Part shown: positions 42,681 to 54,565 of the stretch, in pieces | How the letters are laid out: the number at the start of each line of letters is the position of its first letter | Numbering within the stretch: position 1 is the stretch's first letter | NCBI RefSeq assembly: GCF_036321535.1 | Contig: NC_087436.1 | Span: forward strand, 71,860,001 to 71,924,000 | Source: Camelus dromedarius | Taxonomy: Eukaryota | Reading direction: 5' to 3' | DNA length: 64,000 bases | Notes under the pieces: model-generated | Database searches by the model: none | Told to the model about the DNA's origin: nothing | Seen by the model: the letters and a program-made list of their open reading frames with translations, nothing else | Position numbers and translations under genes: made by a program

Positions 42681-42939
42681 TGAACAGCTTATGAGTCTTT
42701 CTTGGAGCTGTGCTTGAAAAGACAAATGACTAATCCTCCCCTCTACCTTCCTCCCCTCAGATACTAGCCTTGTAGTGAAGTTATGGATTAAAGGTGCATT
42801 GTCAGAGTGAAAAGAAAAAAAAATGCTATTGGAGTTTAAAAAGAAGAAAGTGATCAATGAGAGCTCAAGAAGTAAGAAAGGCTTTCCACAGACTATGGTG
42901 TTTATCTGGTCTATGAAAGATGGTAGAGCATGTCCTAAA

Positions 42940-43720
42940 TGTAAGACATAAGAGATGATCCTGTTCTCCATTTTCTCTCCAATCTGTTCTCTACTCTGCA
43001 GCCACCTATTTTCAAATCTAAATTGGGTCAGATTGCCTTTCTTCTTAAAAATCCCCAGATTGCTTATTATTATTCTTGATATAGAGGTGAAACTCAAAGA
43101 ATCTTTGACCTGGATCCTACCCCACTTCTCTGCCTCATCTCTCATTCCTTGGCTCTATTGAATTTCATTCGGTTTCTCCAAAGTACGATGTTAATGCATT
43201 TCTGGGCCTTTTCATATATAATTCTCCTTGCTTAGACCACTCCTTTCTTCTATTACCAAGCTGACTCCAATTTATATTGCAGGATTCAGCTTCAATGTCA
43301 CTTCCCTGGGAAAACTGTCCTGACAAAGTAGTTGCCTTCTTTGGCCCTGCCATAACACCCTGTACTTCCCCTGGAATAGCACTTACCAAATTTTTTTTTT
43401 TTTCTTAAACACTGCACTCTCCCAAATAACCTGTATTATTTGTTGAGGGTTTTCTGTGTGCTAGGAATTGTTCTATGCACTTGATATATATTATTTTCTT
43501 TAATCTTTACAATAAAATTATAATACTTTTTAGCCTTTTTTGGCAGATAAGGGAAAAGAGGCAAATGGAAGTTAAGGAACCTCACAGTAAGTGGTATTTT
43601 AACCTATATTTAAACTTGATCTGTCTGGTTCTGGAGCCTGTGCCATCACTGCATTGTGGTTTGGTGTGTGCCACATAGTAATCACTCAACAAACATTTAT
43701 TGAATGAATGAGTTTAATAG
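42940..43720. mobile_element. L2 and MIR fragments
   Basis: L2 3'-like tcagcttcaatgtcacttccctgggaaaactgtccctgac and gccacatagtaatcactcaacaaacatttattgaatgaatg; MIR-like segment at 43440-43650. Confidence 0.6.
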
Positions 43721-44290
43721 GCCCAACCAGAAGAGAAGAAGAATATTCAGGATTATTGGGAAAGTTAGGTCCAGATAATGGAAGGTCTAGGACCCAGAGA
43801 AGTAGTTTAGACTGGAGGTGGTTAGGAATAGGGACTCATGGTTGAAAACACTTTTAAAAGGAGGTTAGCTTGGCAACAATTTGTGCAACTTCTACTCTGT
43901 GCCTTCTACCTCAACGTTCAGCTTGAAGTTAGAACATGTGGGAAGGGGCATGATGAAACATTGATGGAAAAATTCAGTAACATGTAAGAGCTAAAGGCTG
44001 AGTTTTTTTTTTTTTCTTTACCTGAAGGCCATATGCATTTAAAGAAGCAGAAAATGCCTTTTTCCAGATAATTTTATGGCATGATTATTAAGACTTTATA
44101 TTTTAAAAACATGAATAGATTTTTGAAAAATCATTTACTTTCTAAGGATATTTAGAAAATAACCTTTTTGAGAATATAAATTATATATGTGTATATATTT
44201 TAAATATATGTATAGTTTAAATATATATACAACATATATATTTAAATTGTATATATTTGACAGATTCCTGTCAAAAATATTTTCTTTCAA

Positions 44291-45175
44291 AAATGGTCAA
44301 TATCACTAATTATCAGAGAAATGCAAATCAAAACTACAGTGAGGTATCACCTCACACCAGTCAGAATGGCCATCATTCAAAAGTCCACAAATGTTAAATA
44401 CTGGAGAGACTATGGAGAAAAGGGGATCCTCCTGCACTGCTGGTGGGAATGCAGTTTGGTGCAGCCACTGTGGAAAACAGTTTAGAGATTCCTCAAAAGA
44501 CTAGGAATAGATTTATCATATGAACCAGTAATCCCACTCCTGGACATATATCCAGAAGGAAGCCTACTTCAAAAAGATACCTGCACCCCAGTGTTCACAA
44601 CAGCACTATTTACAATAGCCAAGTCATGGAAACAGCCTAAGTGTCCATCGACAGATGACTGGATAAAGAAGAGATGGTATATTTACACAATGGAATACTA
44701 TTCAGCCATAAAAATGACAACATAATGCCATTTGTAGCAACATAGATGTCCCTGGAGAATGTCATTCTTAAGTGAAGTAAGTCAGAAAAAGAAAGAAAAA
44801 CACTATATAAGATCACTCATATGTGGAATCTAAAAAAAAAAAAGAAAAGAAAAAGACAAATGAACATAAATATAAAACAGAAACAGACTCATAGACATAT
44901 AATAGAAACTTGTGGTTGCCAGGGGGGAGGGGGGTGGGAAGGGACAGACTGGGAGTTCAAAATTTGTAGATACTGACAGGTATATATAGAATAGATAAAC
45001 AAGATTATACTGTATAGCACAGAGAAATATATACAAGATCTTGTGGTAGCTCACAGTGAAAAAGAATGCAATATATATGTATGTTCATGTATAACTGAAA
45101 AATTGTTCTCTACACTGGAAATTGACACAACATTGTAAACCAACTATAACTCAATAAAATAACATTAAAAAAGAA
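44291..45175 (+). mobile_element. Relatively young 5'-truncated L1 (ORF2 C-terminus, 3' UTR, A tail)
   Basis: gaaatgcaaatcaaaactacagtgaggtatcacctcacaccagtcagaatggcc (EMQIKTTVRYHLTPVRMA); AATAAA and A tail. TSD aaaaat[a/t]ttttctttcaa at 44273-44290 and 45176-45193. Confidence 0.93.
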
Positions 45176-46062
45176 AAAAATTTTTTCTTTCAATTAGGAT
45201 TTTAGGGTTCATGTTAAAGTATTAAAATCAACTGTGACAATCTATAATTTTTAATACTTTCTGTTGGTTCCATGTTCAGAAGGCAAATAATACTCTTTGT
45301 TGCAAACAAAGCCATCTATTGGCCCAAGTGTCTTAACTGGAAAACTTTGCTGTTAATCTCTAAGTGTGAAATTCCACAGTCAAGTATGTTTGTTGAGGGT
45401 GGTAAAAATCATTGTCCTCCAAAGTGATTTGACTACATTGGGTGAATACCAGGGAACATTTAGACATAGTCGTGGGGCTTACGAAGGAATAGTTTAAGCA
45501 TCATAACATTCCACTTCTTTCTCCACTCCACCCCTACACTCCACCCCTCATTTTTACTCATATTACAGAGTGAGAAATTGGAACAATTCGCTCTTACAAT
45601 TCTAGTTGTTCTCACCCCAAAATGCCTTAATCATTTCAAAGCCATTAATCCAGGGTCTGATATTCTAATTTTGTTTTCACTGTCTGTTTCCTTATACATG
45701 TACTATGTTACTGATGTACATTGTGACAATCTAGATCTAAAAGATTTAGTGAACCAGACAAAACTAGACTAACGGGAAAAGACTTGTCTTTGCATAGTTG
45801 AAAGGCTCTCTTTGTTGCCTTGGGCAGTATATATCTAAATCTATGCATTCTTGTATTTAGAATTTTGAAATAGAAAAGTTGGTGGATATACAAAATCATA
45901 CCTTACACTGCAGAATGTCTAAGTGTGATGAGAACCTAGCATACTATTTATTATCAAGAATGGTAGGGAGCCTTGCATTTTGAAAGTGCAAACAGCAGTC
46001 ATTTATAAATAATAAAAAATATTTTCATTTATTTGTTATAAAAAGTCATATAAATAAGTTCT

Positions 46063-46143
46063 TTTAAAAATTTTGTATTTTTTATTGAAGTGTAGTTGAT
46101 TTACAATGTTAGTTTCATGTATACGCCAAAGCGATTCAGGTCT
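46063..46143 (-). mobile_element. Severely truncated L1 3' terminus (about 80 bp)
   Basis: ttattgaagtgtagttgatttacaatgttagtttc, flanked by the direct repeat ataagttct (46054-46062, 46144-46152). Confidence 0.7.
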
Positions 46144-49100
46144 ATAAGTTCTATTCTCATTCTCTCTTGCTCCTTCTCTTCTTCCCTCCTTCCCTCCATT
46201 TTTCTATCTGTAGAGTTTGATAGCCGATGTAACAGAGAGAGTTTACCATACTTTGAAGAATATTATCTTTAATATATTTCAGTATCTGTAATTATTAGTT
46301 TTAGGATACCCTTAAACTACTGAGATGCAAATCAAAATGCAAAGGAATTTAAGTGACTGGAAATGTAATATATAATACCTCAAAAAAATGAGCAAAGAAT
46401 ATAATTGGGTTCAGTTAACAACAAAAATTAATACTGAGCCATAGAAAATGACCAATTTCAGTAATAATTTAAAGTGAAATTTGAAATAGCAACATATTTT
46501 AATTTTATTCCCGTTAACATACTAAAATTTCAGAAATTTAAGTAATGGTGAGATTATCTTGAAATTGTTATAGTTTTCTGGTATAAGTATAAATTGTTCA
46601 AGTCATTTTGTGAAGTTATTAGGCAATAAATATAAAAAATGTCTTCTCCCTTTTATTCTCTAGTACTCACAGGAATTTATTCTTGTGAAAAATTTCAAAG
46701 AAGAGTATATGATGTGCATTACGATTTCATAGGGTATGGAAGGGAAAAATACAAATGGCCAATGAGAGAGAATTGCTAAAGTAAATTATAGTGCGGGAAC
46801 CCAATGGAATACTATGTTGCCATTTGTAAGGGATATTTGAGGTATGTGGGGACTATTAAGTGTTTCTCAATAACTAAGATTTAGGAAAAATAATTTTTTG
46901 CAAGAGGGAGGCAGCGAAATCAAAGCATAATGAATCAGGACAGAAGGGGAATGGCTTTCTAGTCCAAAGTATATAACTGTAACAGAATGAACTTACTGGC
47001 ACATTTAGTGAAAGAATGTGCCAATTGAGGATAAAGTTGTTCAGCAGTGAAAACAACAAAAAAGGTGAGATCTGGAAGACTAAAACAAGTGTGTGCCCAT
47101 TCAGCTCTGATTAAGACATTATCATCTTGCTTAGAAGTACATACTAGCTTTATTATGGGGACAGGCATTCAAATCACTTAAGGATTCTATTTTGTTTATA
47201 GTCATTCTAATCAGGCCAGCTCCTTATCATTAGGCATCTCATGGAGTTTGCCTAGAGGAAGAGAACGTGATAGTCAGGTCAAAGAAAACACAGGAAGGCA
47301 GGCTTGCACCTTGACTTCTTCTCACTGGAAATTAATAGATTACTATTTTAGTTTCATCATATGTCAGTCTCTTCAAGGTTTGTTAGAATGAATGAGACCC
47401 CACATTCAGTCAGTTTTGGGACAGGGAACAGACTGGGTGTCCCAGCCTGTAAAATGAGGGGACTGTGAAGAAATCTACCAAGGTAACTGGCACATTGTGG
47501 ACTTGACTAATCACCTGGCCTTCCACAGGTGACACCCTATTTCATTTTACAAAGTCTCTGAGCATCCACACATTAAGAAAATAATTATGAAACTATGCAG
47601 CAAGCAAAAAACATTTTGCTATAATTTTAAGTGAAAAACTTAAAGCATAACATTTTGTCTATTACAAAAGCAACAACTTAAAATATGCACAATAATAAGG
47701 GAACAAGGGCAAAGTAACAGTGACTGTGTTAGAGGGGCATGCCAGTAATATATATTTTTTCATACTGCCATTCTATTTGTTTACTTCATAAAAATCAGGA
47801 GAAAAATAAAGGAAAGTTCTGCATTATATGGATATAAAATGTTATACTAATAATATTTAGTAACATAAATAATAGCATATTTAGTAATAATTAAATGATA
47901 AAATATATGTTAAGCAATACTAATTTTAGAGGCATTTTTATTTTTAATTGACCCGTGAATCTGTTAAGGCCAATACATGGTAACAGAGAAAACTGAAATT
48001 CAAAATAAAGGTGCAGTAGCCACATACCTATATACGTCATACTCAAAAGATTATTTTTTGGACATGTGTCTTTCTAATTCTCAGGCAAGTGAAAGCATAT
48101 TAAGCATTAAAAGTCACCTTCTAAACCATAATAAAGACTTTGAATAATCTCTGGTAAATTGCTTTGTGATGAATATACAGATAGAACATCTGGCTATATA
48201 TCCTTGTAATTTCCTTTTTAACAAGCAAGTTAATTTGCTGGTTTACTTCAGTCCTGGTTTTCTCTTTCTTTTTCCTAAGTTATTAAAACAACTTAAAAGA
48301 ATTTCTTTTGCATCTCCTAGTTTCTCATAGTTAAATTAAAATTCATGAGAAATAAATTTTTTATGGACATTCATTATTGAGAAGCTTAACGTAATGATTT
48401 CCATCTACATCCTTAGCAGTTAAAGGTTTTTATAGAGTATCATGATCTATGGCTTAAATGTTAAGTGCATTTTATTGTTAAAGGCTACCAGTAATGGACT
48501 TGTAGGACAAAATAGAGTCAAATGTGAGCATTACTCAAATACAGGTTTGAGATTTAAATTTTAACCTTAAGTGTTTAGGTAATTTCATCACTTAGTATTC
48601 AGTATAAGCAGAAGTGTTATCACTCCAATTCTCTCCTTTCCTCTGTGTATTTTCCCCCTTTTAATCTCTCTGTCTTTTAATCACTGAGTCAGCTTAATGA
48701 AAATCTGCACCTCCTTCTAGAATATGAAAATAGCATTCACTTTTCACTCATTCTGAGAGAGAAATACTCTTCTCAAGAGGAACTTTGTTAGTGCCTCCAC
48801 AGTTCTGCTTTTCAGGGTTTAGCATCAAAGGCTCTTTTTATCTCTAGTCCTCCTTGGTTGTCCTACCACTGGCTGGTATGGAAGCTGAAGAAGCCACTGG
48901 ATGAGTCATTGACTGTTGACCACATTCAGAACAATTTCTCAGGAATGACAATAAACAACAAGGAATTGTGGACTATAAAGCTAAAACTACAGTAGTAGAA
49001 AAGCAAGGAGAGGGTAGATTTTACTGTAGAAAAGGAACGAGTAGAGCTAATTGTGTCTCTGGGTACGTGTTATCTCCAGTCAGTCTTCAGAAGTCTTTGA

Positions 49101-50004
49101 ATTCAAGTAAGTTGAAACATGTTTGGTTAGTCTCTGTTTCTCATTCATAATATATATAAATGTGAATTTAGAGTTAGTTAGTTTAAAATGATCTGCTTTT
49201 TTGTTTGTTTCTGGCTGCATTTTATTCTGCAGTGACTCTTAGTTCCAAGATACATTTGTGGGCACAGATGTACACAGTGTATGCAAACATAGATAGAGAC
49301 AGGCCACATTCAAGAGGCTATAGAAGGACACAATACTCTTAAATACACCAACCATCTCCCACCTCCGTAGTCAAACATAGGTACGTCTTTCCTGGTGTAG
49401 AGGGGAAGTGAAAGACACCCATGAAAAATATAAACATATTATAAAATAGAAATAGACATCAAAGGAAGATTCAAGTAAAAAAAAGTTATGGAGAGAGATT
49501 AACATAGATAAAATGCAAACCTTTAGATCCTGGTGGTTCCACCTATCATGTTGATTTATAAAAATGTATCTTGCAGTTAGTTAAGAAAGTAAATTTAAAA
49601 GTCCTTTCCACTGAAATAAATACAAATATCTTTTTCATTGTCTCTAAACAATTTTTTAAATGATCCATGTTAAAATACACCACAAGTGGTCTAACATTGA
49701 GTAGTCTTGAGGTTACATTTCTCTGTGAACTCCATTTATATTTATGTTAATGCAATCTTGGATTGTATTAACTTAAATCATCCACACTATACTTTAGCTT
49801 TTTGTGAGACTGGGGTCCACTAAAATCCTTTAATTCTTTTCATATGATCACTTTCCTATATTTCTGAGATTGAAGTTTTTGAACTTCAGGGCAGAACTTT
49901 TCATTAATGATTGCCAGATTTTATATCATTTACTTCACTTCTTTATTCTAGTGAGTTAAGGTAATCATTTTGAATCTTGATTCTGTTATGGGGCATACTA
50001 TTTA

Positions 50005-50188
50005 CTGTAGAAGTTGGCAAGCTTTTTCTGTTAAAAGCTAGTGATATTTCAAGCTTTGTGTGCTATAGTCTTTGTTGCATATTCTTCTTCTTTCGTTCAC
50101 AAATAAATAGATAAACAAACAAAAAACCTCTTTTAAAGGCAGTCCTCAGACCAGATTTGGCCCACAGGCTGTAGTTTGCTGACCCCTG
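50005..50188. mobile_element. MER58-like hAT-Charlie fossil
   Basis: gttggcaagctttttctgtt ... ccagatttggcccacaggctgtagtttgctgacccctg. Confidence 0.7.
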
Positions 50189-50194
50189 ATCAAC

Positions 50195-50705
50195 TGTATT
50201 GGTTATCTGTTGCTGTATAACAAATTAATTCCCATAATTTAGTGGCTTAAAGTACCAAGCAATATTATATCAGAGCTTCTGCAGGTCAAGAATCCAGAGA
50301 ATGGCTTATCTGGGTGCCTTTTCCCAGAAGACCCTTACCAAGCTCATGAGAAGGTGTTGTCTGAGGCTGCAGTCTCATCTGAAGCCTCAAGTAAGAGAGG
50401 ATGTTTCTGAGCTAACTAGTGTGGTTGTTGGCAGAATTCAGTTCCATGTCAGTGAGGCCTCTCATAGGACAGCTGGATTCCATCACGGCGAGTTAGCAAG
50501 AGAGAGCTAGGAAAAACATGCAAAATGGAGGCCACAGTTTCTTTATAACCTAATTTCAGAAGTGACTCCCATCACTTTTGCTGTATTATATTCATTAGAA
50601 GTGAGTCATTAGGACCAGTTCACCTGCAAGAGGAGGGGATTATACAAAGGTATGAATATCAGGAGGCAGGAATCACTGGGGCCATCTTAGAAGCTGCCTG
50701 CCACA
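50195..50705 (-). mobile_element. MLT1 MaLR solo LTR
   Basis: tgtattggttatctgttgctgtataacaaatta...ggggattatacaaaggtatgaatatcaggaggcaggaatcactggggccatcttagaagctgcctgccaca. Confidence 0.8.
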
Positions 50706-51870
50706 TCTATCCACTGAGAATTTTCTGCAACTTAGACAAAGCATGCTTTATTCATTCAAGTTTTTGATAAAAATATTGAGGGAAGGGTGTTCATGACTGA
50801 GTCTTGTGGTATGATTTTTCTTCCTCAAATTGACTTCACTCCACTAAAATGCTATGAATATTGCCAGTTGCATACCTGTAAATCCTCAATAGTGGTGTCA
50901 TCTAACACTTTATCATCATATCCTTGGAGATCTCAGGAGATATTTTAGTCAAATATATTATAAAAATCGCACAAGTTGAAATAAACTGCAAGGACTGTCT
51001 TAAACAATGTCATTGCAATACTAGTCATTACTAGTAATAAATACGACCTTGTAATAACTAATCATTACTAATACTAAATAAGTCATTGCAATGCTCAAAG
51101 GATATCATAGAGGACCAGTTCTATCTGCCTTGCCTTCATGGCAGGCAGTTTTAGAGATGACTGCATCTTATATGATCCTCGATTTTTTCTTTTTAAACAA
51201 CTAGTGAAGCTGCCTTTCTTCCACTTCCATTTATGCTCTCATAGAAAGATTTATATTAAAAAAATAGCCAACAGACCAAATCAGGAATAAATTATACATA
51301 ATAAATATTTTGACAGTAAATCACAATTATAGTTTGATACAGGAATCTTTTAGAGAATACCAGCCATTAACACCTGCCATCTAGACAGCAACCATATGCC
51401 AATGTTCCTGCTACTTCAAGGAAGAAGTGTAATACTCTAACCAGAATTGACAATATAAAGTGTCATTGTTTTAAGTGTTGTATCACTCAAACTTCATTCT
51501 CACTGACAGCCCAAATAATTTGCAACCTTTTCCCCATCCAGTAATATAATAGTTACTACTTATTGGGTGTATACCGTGAGCTAAATGCAGTGCTAAACAA
51601 CTTTATATGGATTTTCTCATCAATTGTTCTTGATAAGTCTACGAGATCAGTACTATTATGTGCACTTTACAGAAATATTAAGCATCTTGCCTGTGGCCAT
51701 TCAGTTAGTAAATGACTAAGCCAATTTTAAAACCCAATAGCCTATATCCAGAGTATTTCTTAAAACACAAGGGTAACGTTTGTTTATTTGAAAACCACTA
51801 AAGAAACTTTTCCTAGGGAATGTGGTTGAGTGATTTACTAGTTATTAATGATTTTTTTTTAAGTTGGACA

Positions 51871-51884
51871 CCACTAGATGGCAA
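51871..51884 (+). promoter_or_regulatory. Candidate CTCF binding site
   Basis: CCACTAGATGGCAA matches the CTCF core CCASYAGRKGGCR. Confidence 0.55.
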
Positions 51885-51939
51885 CGTTTTCAAAAGTTTT
51901 TATTGGTTATGGTGGAAAAGTAACTCAACTTTATTATTT

Positions 51940-54565
51940 AAAAAATTCAGTTTTATTGAAGTATAATTGACATATAATTGTAAGATATCTAAATGTACAT
52001 CACATCATGATTATTCAGTATACATAATACATTGTGAAAGAATTCCCCTCTTTTAGTTAATTAACCTAGCCATCACCACACATATTTATCTTTAATTTTT
52101 TTCTTCTTGTTGAGAATATTTCAGTTTTACTCTCTTAGCAAATTTTAGTTATACAATCCAGTGTTATTAACTATATAGTCACCATGTTTTACATTAGAAC
52201 TTCAGATCTTACTCATTTTATAGCTGAAATTCTGTGCCCTTTCACCAACCTCTTGCCCTTTACCCGACTCCCCAGTTCCTGGAAACCACTTTTCTACTTT
52301 CTGTTTCTATGAATTTGACTTTATTTTTTTTTTTTTAAAGATTTCATACGTGGGTGATGCCATGCAGTATTTTTCTGTCTCCGTTTGGCTTATTTCTCTT
52401 AGCATAAGGACTTTAACATCCATCCATGTTACCACATGTGGCAGGATTTCCTTCTTTCTCATGGCTAAATAATATTCCATTGTTATATATACATATGTAT
52501 ATGTTTTCTATATACCATATTTTCTTTATCCATTTATTCTTTGATGGACATTTAGGTTGTTTCTGTATTTTGGCTGTTGTAAATGCTGCAATGAATATGG
52601 AAGCACAAACATCACATCAATAGTCTGTTTTCATTTCTTTTAGATAAATACCTAGATGTGGGATGTTTGATCATTGTAGTTTTATTTTTAATCCTTTAAG
52701 GAGCTTCTATACTGTTTTCCATAGTGGCTGCACCATTTTACATTCCCACCAACAGTGTACAAGTGTTCTCTTTCTCCACATTCTCGCCAATACTTTTTAT
52801 CTCTTGGTTTTTTTTATAATAACTACTCTAACAGATGTGAGGTGATATTTCATTGTGGTTTTGATACGTATTTCTCTGATGATTAGTGATGTTGAGCACC
52901 TTTTCACATACCTGTTGGCCACTTGTATGTCTTCTTTGGGAAAATGTCTACTCAGTTCCTCTGCTCATTTTTAAATTAAATTGTTTGATTTTATGCTATT
53001 AAGTTATATAATTTTATATCTATTTTGGATATTAATCCTTTACCAGATGTATGATTTACAAATATTTTCTCCTATTCCATAAGTTGTCTTTTTATTTTGT
53101 TTGTGGTTTCTTTTGCTATGCAGAAGCTTTTTAGTTTGATGTACCCCACTTGTTTATTTTTGCTATCATTGTCTTTCCTTTTGGTGTCAAATCCAAAAAG
53201 TTATTACCAAGACCAATGTCAAGAGGCTTACCACCTATGTTTTTGTCTAGGAGTTTTATGGTTTCAGGTCTTACATTCAAGTCTTTAATTCATTTCAAGT
53301 TAATTTTTGTGAATGGTGTAAGATAGGGGTATAGCTTCATTCTTTTGTATGAAGCTGTCCAGTTTTCCCAACATTTATTGAAGAGACTATCTTTTTCCTC
53401 TTGTGTGCTCTTGGCTCTCCTTGTTAATTATATTTAATTTTTTTGAATTTATAAGAGTTGACCATATATGCATTGGTTTATTTCTGGGCTCTCTATTCTG
53501 TTCCATTGACCTATATGTCTCTTTTTATGCTAATACCATGCTGTTTGGATTACTCTAGCTTTGTAATATAGTTTGAAGTCAGGAAGCGTGGTATCTCCAG
53601 CTTTGTTCTTCTTTCTATATAAATGTTCTTTTCTTTGTATAATGTTATGTCATTTGCAAATAGAGACAATTTTTCTTTTTTCTTTTGGATGCCTTTTCTT
53701 TCTTTTCTTCCTACCTTCCTTCCTTCCTTCCTTCCCTCCTTCCTTCCTTCCTTCCTTCCTTCCTTCCTTCTTTCCTTCCTTCCTTCCTTTCTTTCTTTTT
53801 GTGCCTAACTACTGTAGCTAGGCCTCCCAGTACTATGTTGAAGAGGAATGGTGAGAGTGAGCATTCTTGTCTTGTTCTTGATCTTAGAGGAAAAGCTTTC
53901 AGCTTTTCACCGTTGAATATGATATTAGCTGTGGCTTGCCATGTATGGTCTTTATTATTTTGAGGTATGTTCCCTTTATACCTTTGCTGAGAGTTTTTAT
54001 CATGCCTGATTGGTTGTTGAATTTTGTCAGTGCTTTTTCAGATCTATTCAGATGATCATATGATTTTTATTCTTCATTTTGTTATTACATTGTTTTGTGT
54101 ATGTTGAACCATCCTTGCATCCTAGGAAAAAAGTCCTTTTTGATCATGGTGTATGATCCTTTAACTGTTCTGTTGAATTCAATTTGCTAATATTTTGTTG
54201 GGGATTTTTGCATCTATATTCATCAGAGATACTGACCTATAATTTTCTTTTCTTGTAGTATCCTTGTCTGATTTTGGTATCAGGGTGATGCTGGACTTAT
54301 GAAATGAGTTTGGAAGTGTTCCCTCATTTTCTATTGTTTTAAAAGAGTTGAAAAGAATTGATATTAGCTCTTCTTTAAATATCTGGTAGAATTCACCATC
54401 TGGTCCTGGACTTTTCTTTTTTAGGATGTTTTTGATTACTGATTCAATCTCCTTGCTAGTAATTTGTTCTGTTCAGATTTTCTGTTTCTTCATAACTCAG
54501 TTTTGGTAGGTTGTATATTTCTAGGAACCTATCTTCTTTTATAGGTTGCTTAATTTTTTGGCATC
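51940..54565 (-). mobile_element. L1 fossil (L1MA-like; 3' UTR and ORF2 with an internal deletion)
   Basis: Antisense L1 3' end ttttattgaagtataattgac, then cattcccaccaacagtgtacaag and ttcttgatcttagaggaaaagctttcagc. Confidence 0.9.
53712..53795. repeat. (TTCC)n polypyrimidine microsatellite
   Basis: ccttccttccttccttccttccctccttccttcc..., inside the L1. Confidence 0.95.

Noticed and set aside
42651..43145. 164-aa minus-strand ORF
   Set aside because: Overlaps L2 and LTR fossil sequence and has no recognisable protein similarity.
51008..51095. Loosely repeated gtcattgcaat/tcattacta units resembling an array
   Set aside because: Irregular, short and AT-rich with no constant repeat-spacer period; not CRISPR-like, and the context is eukaryotic.
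53573..53963. ORFs with repeated PSFL motifs
   Set aside because: Translation of the (TTCC)n microsatellite.
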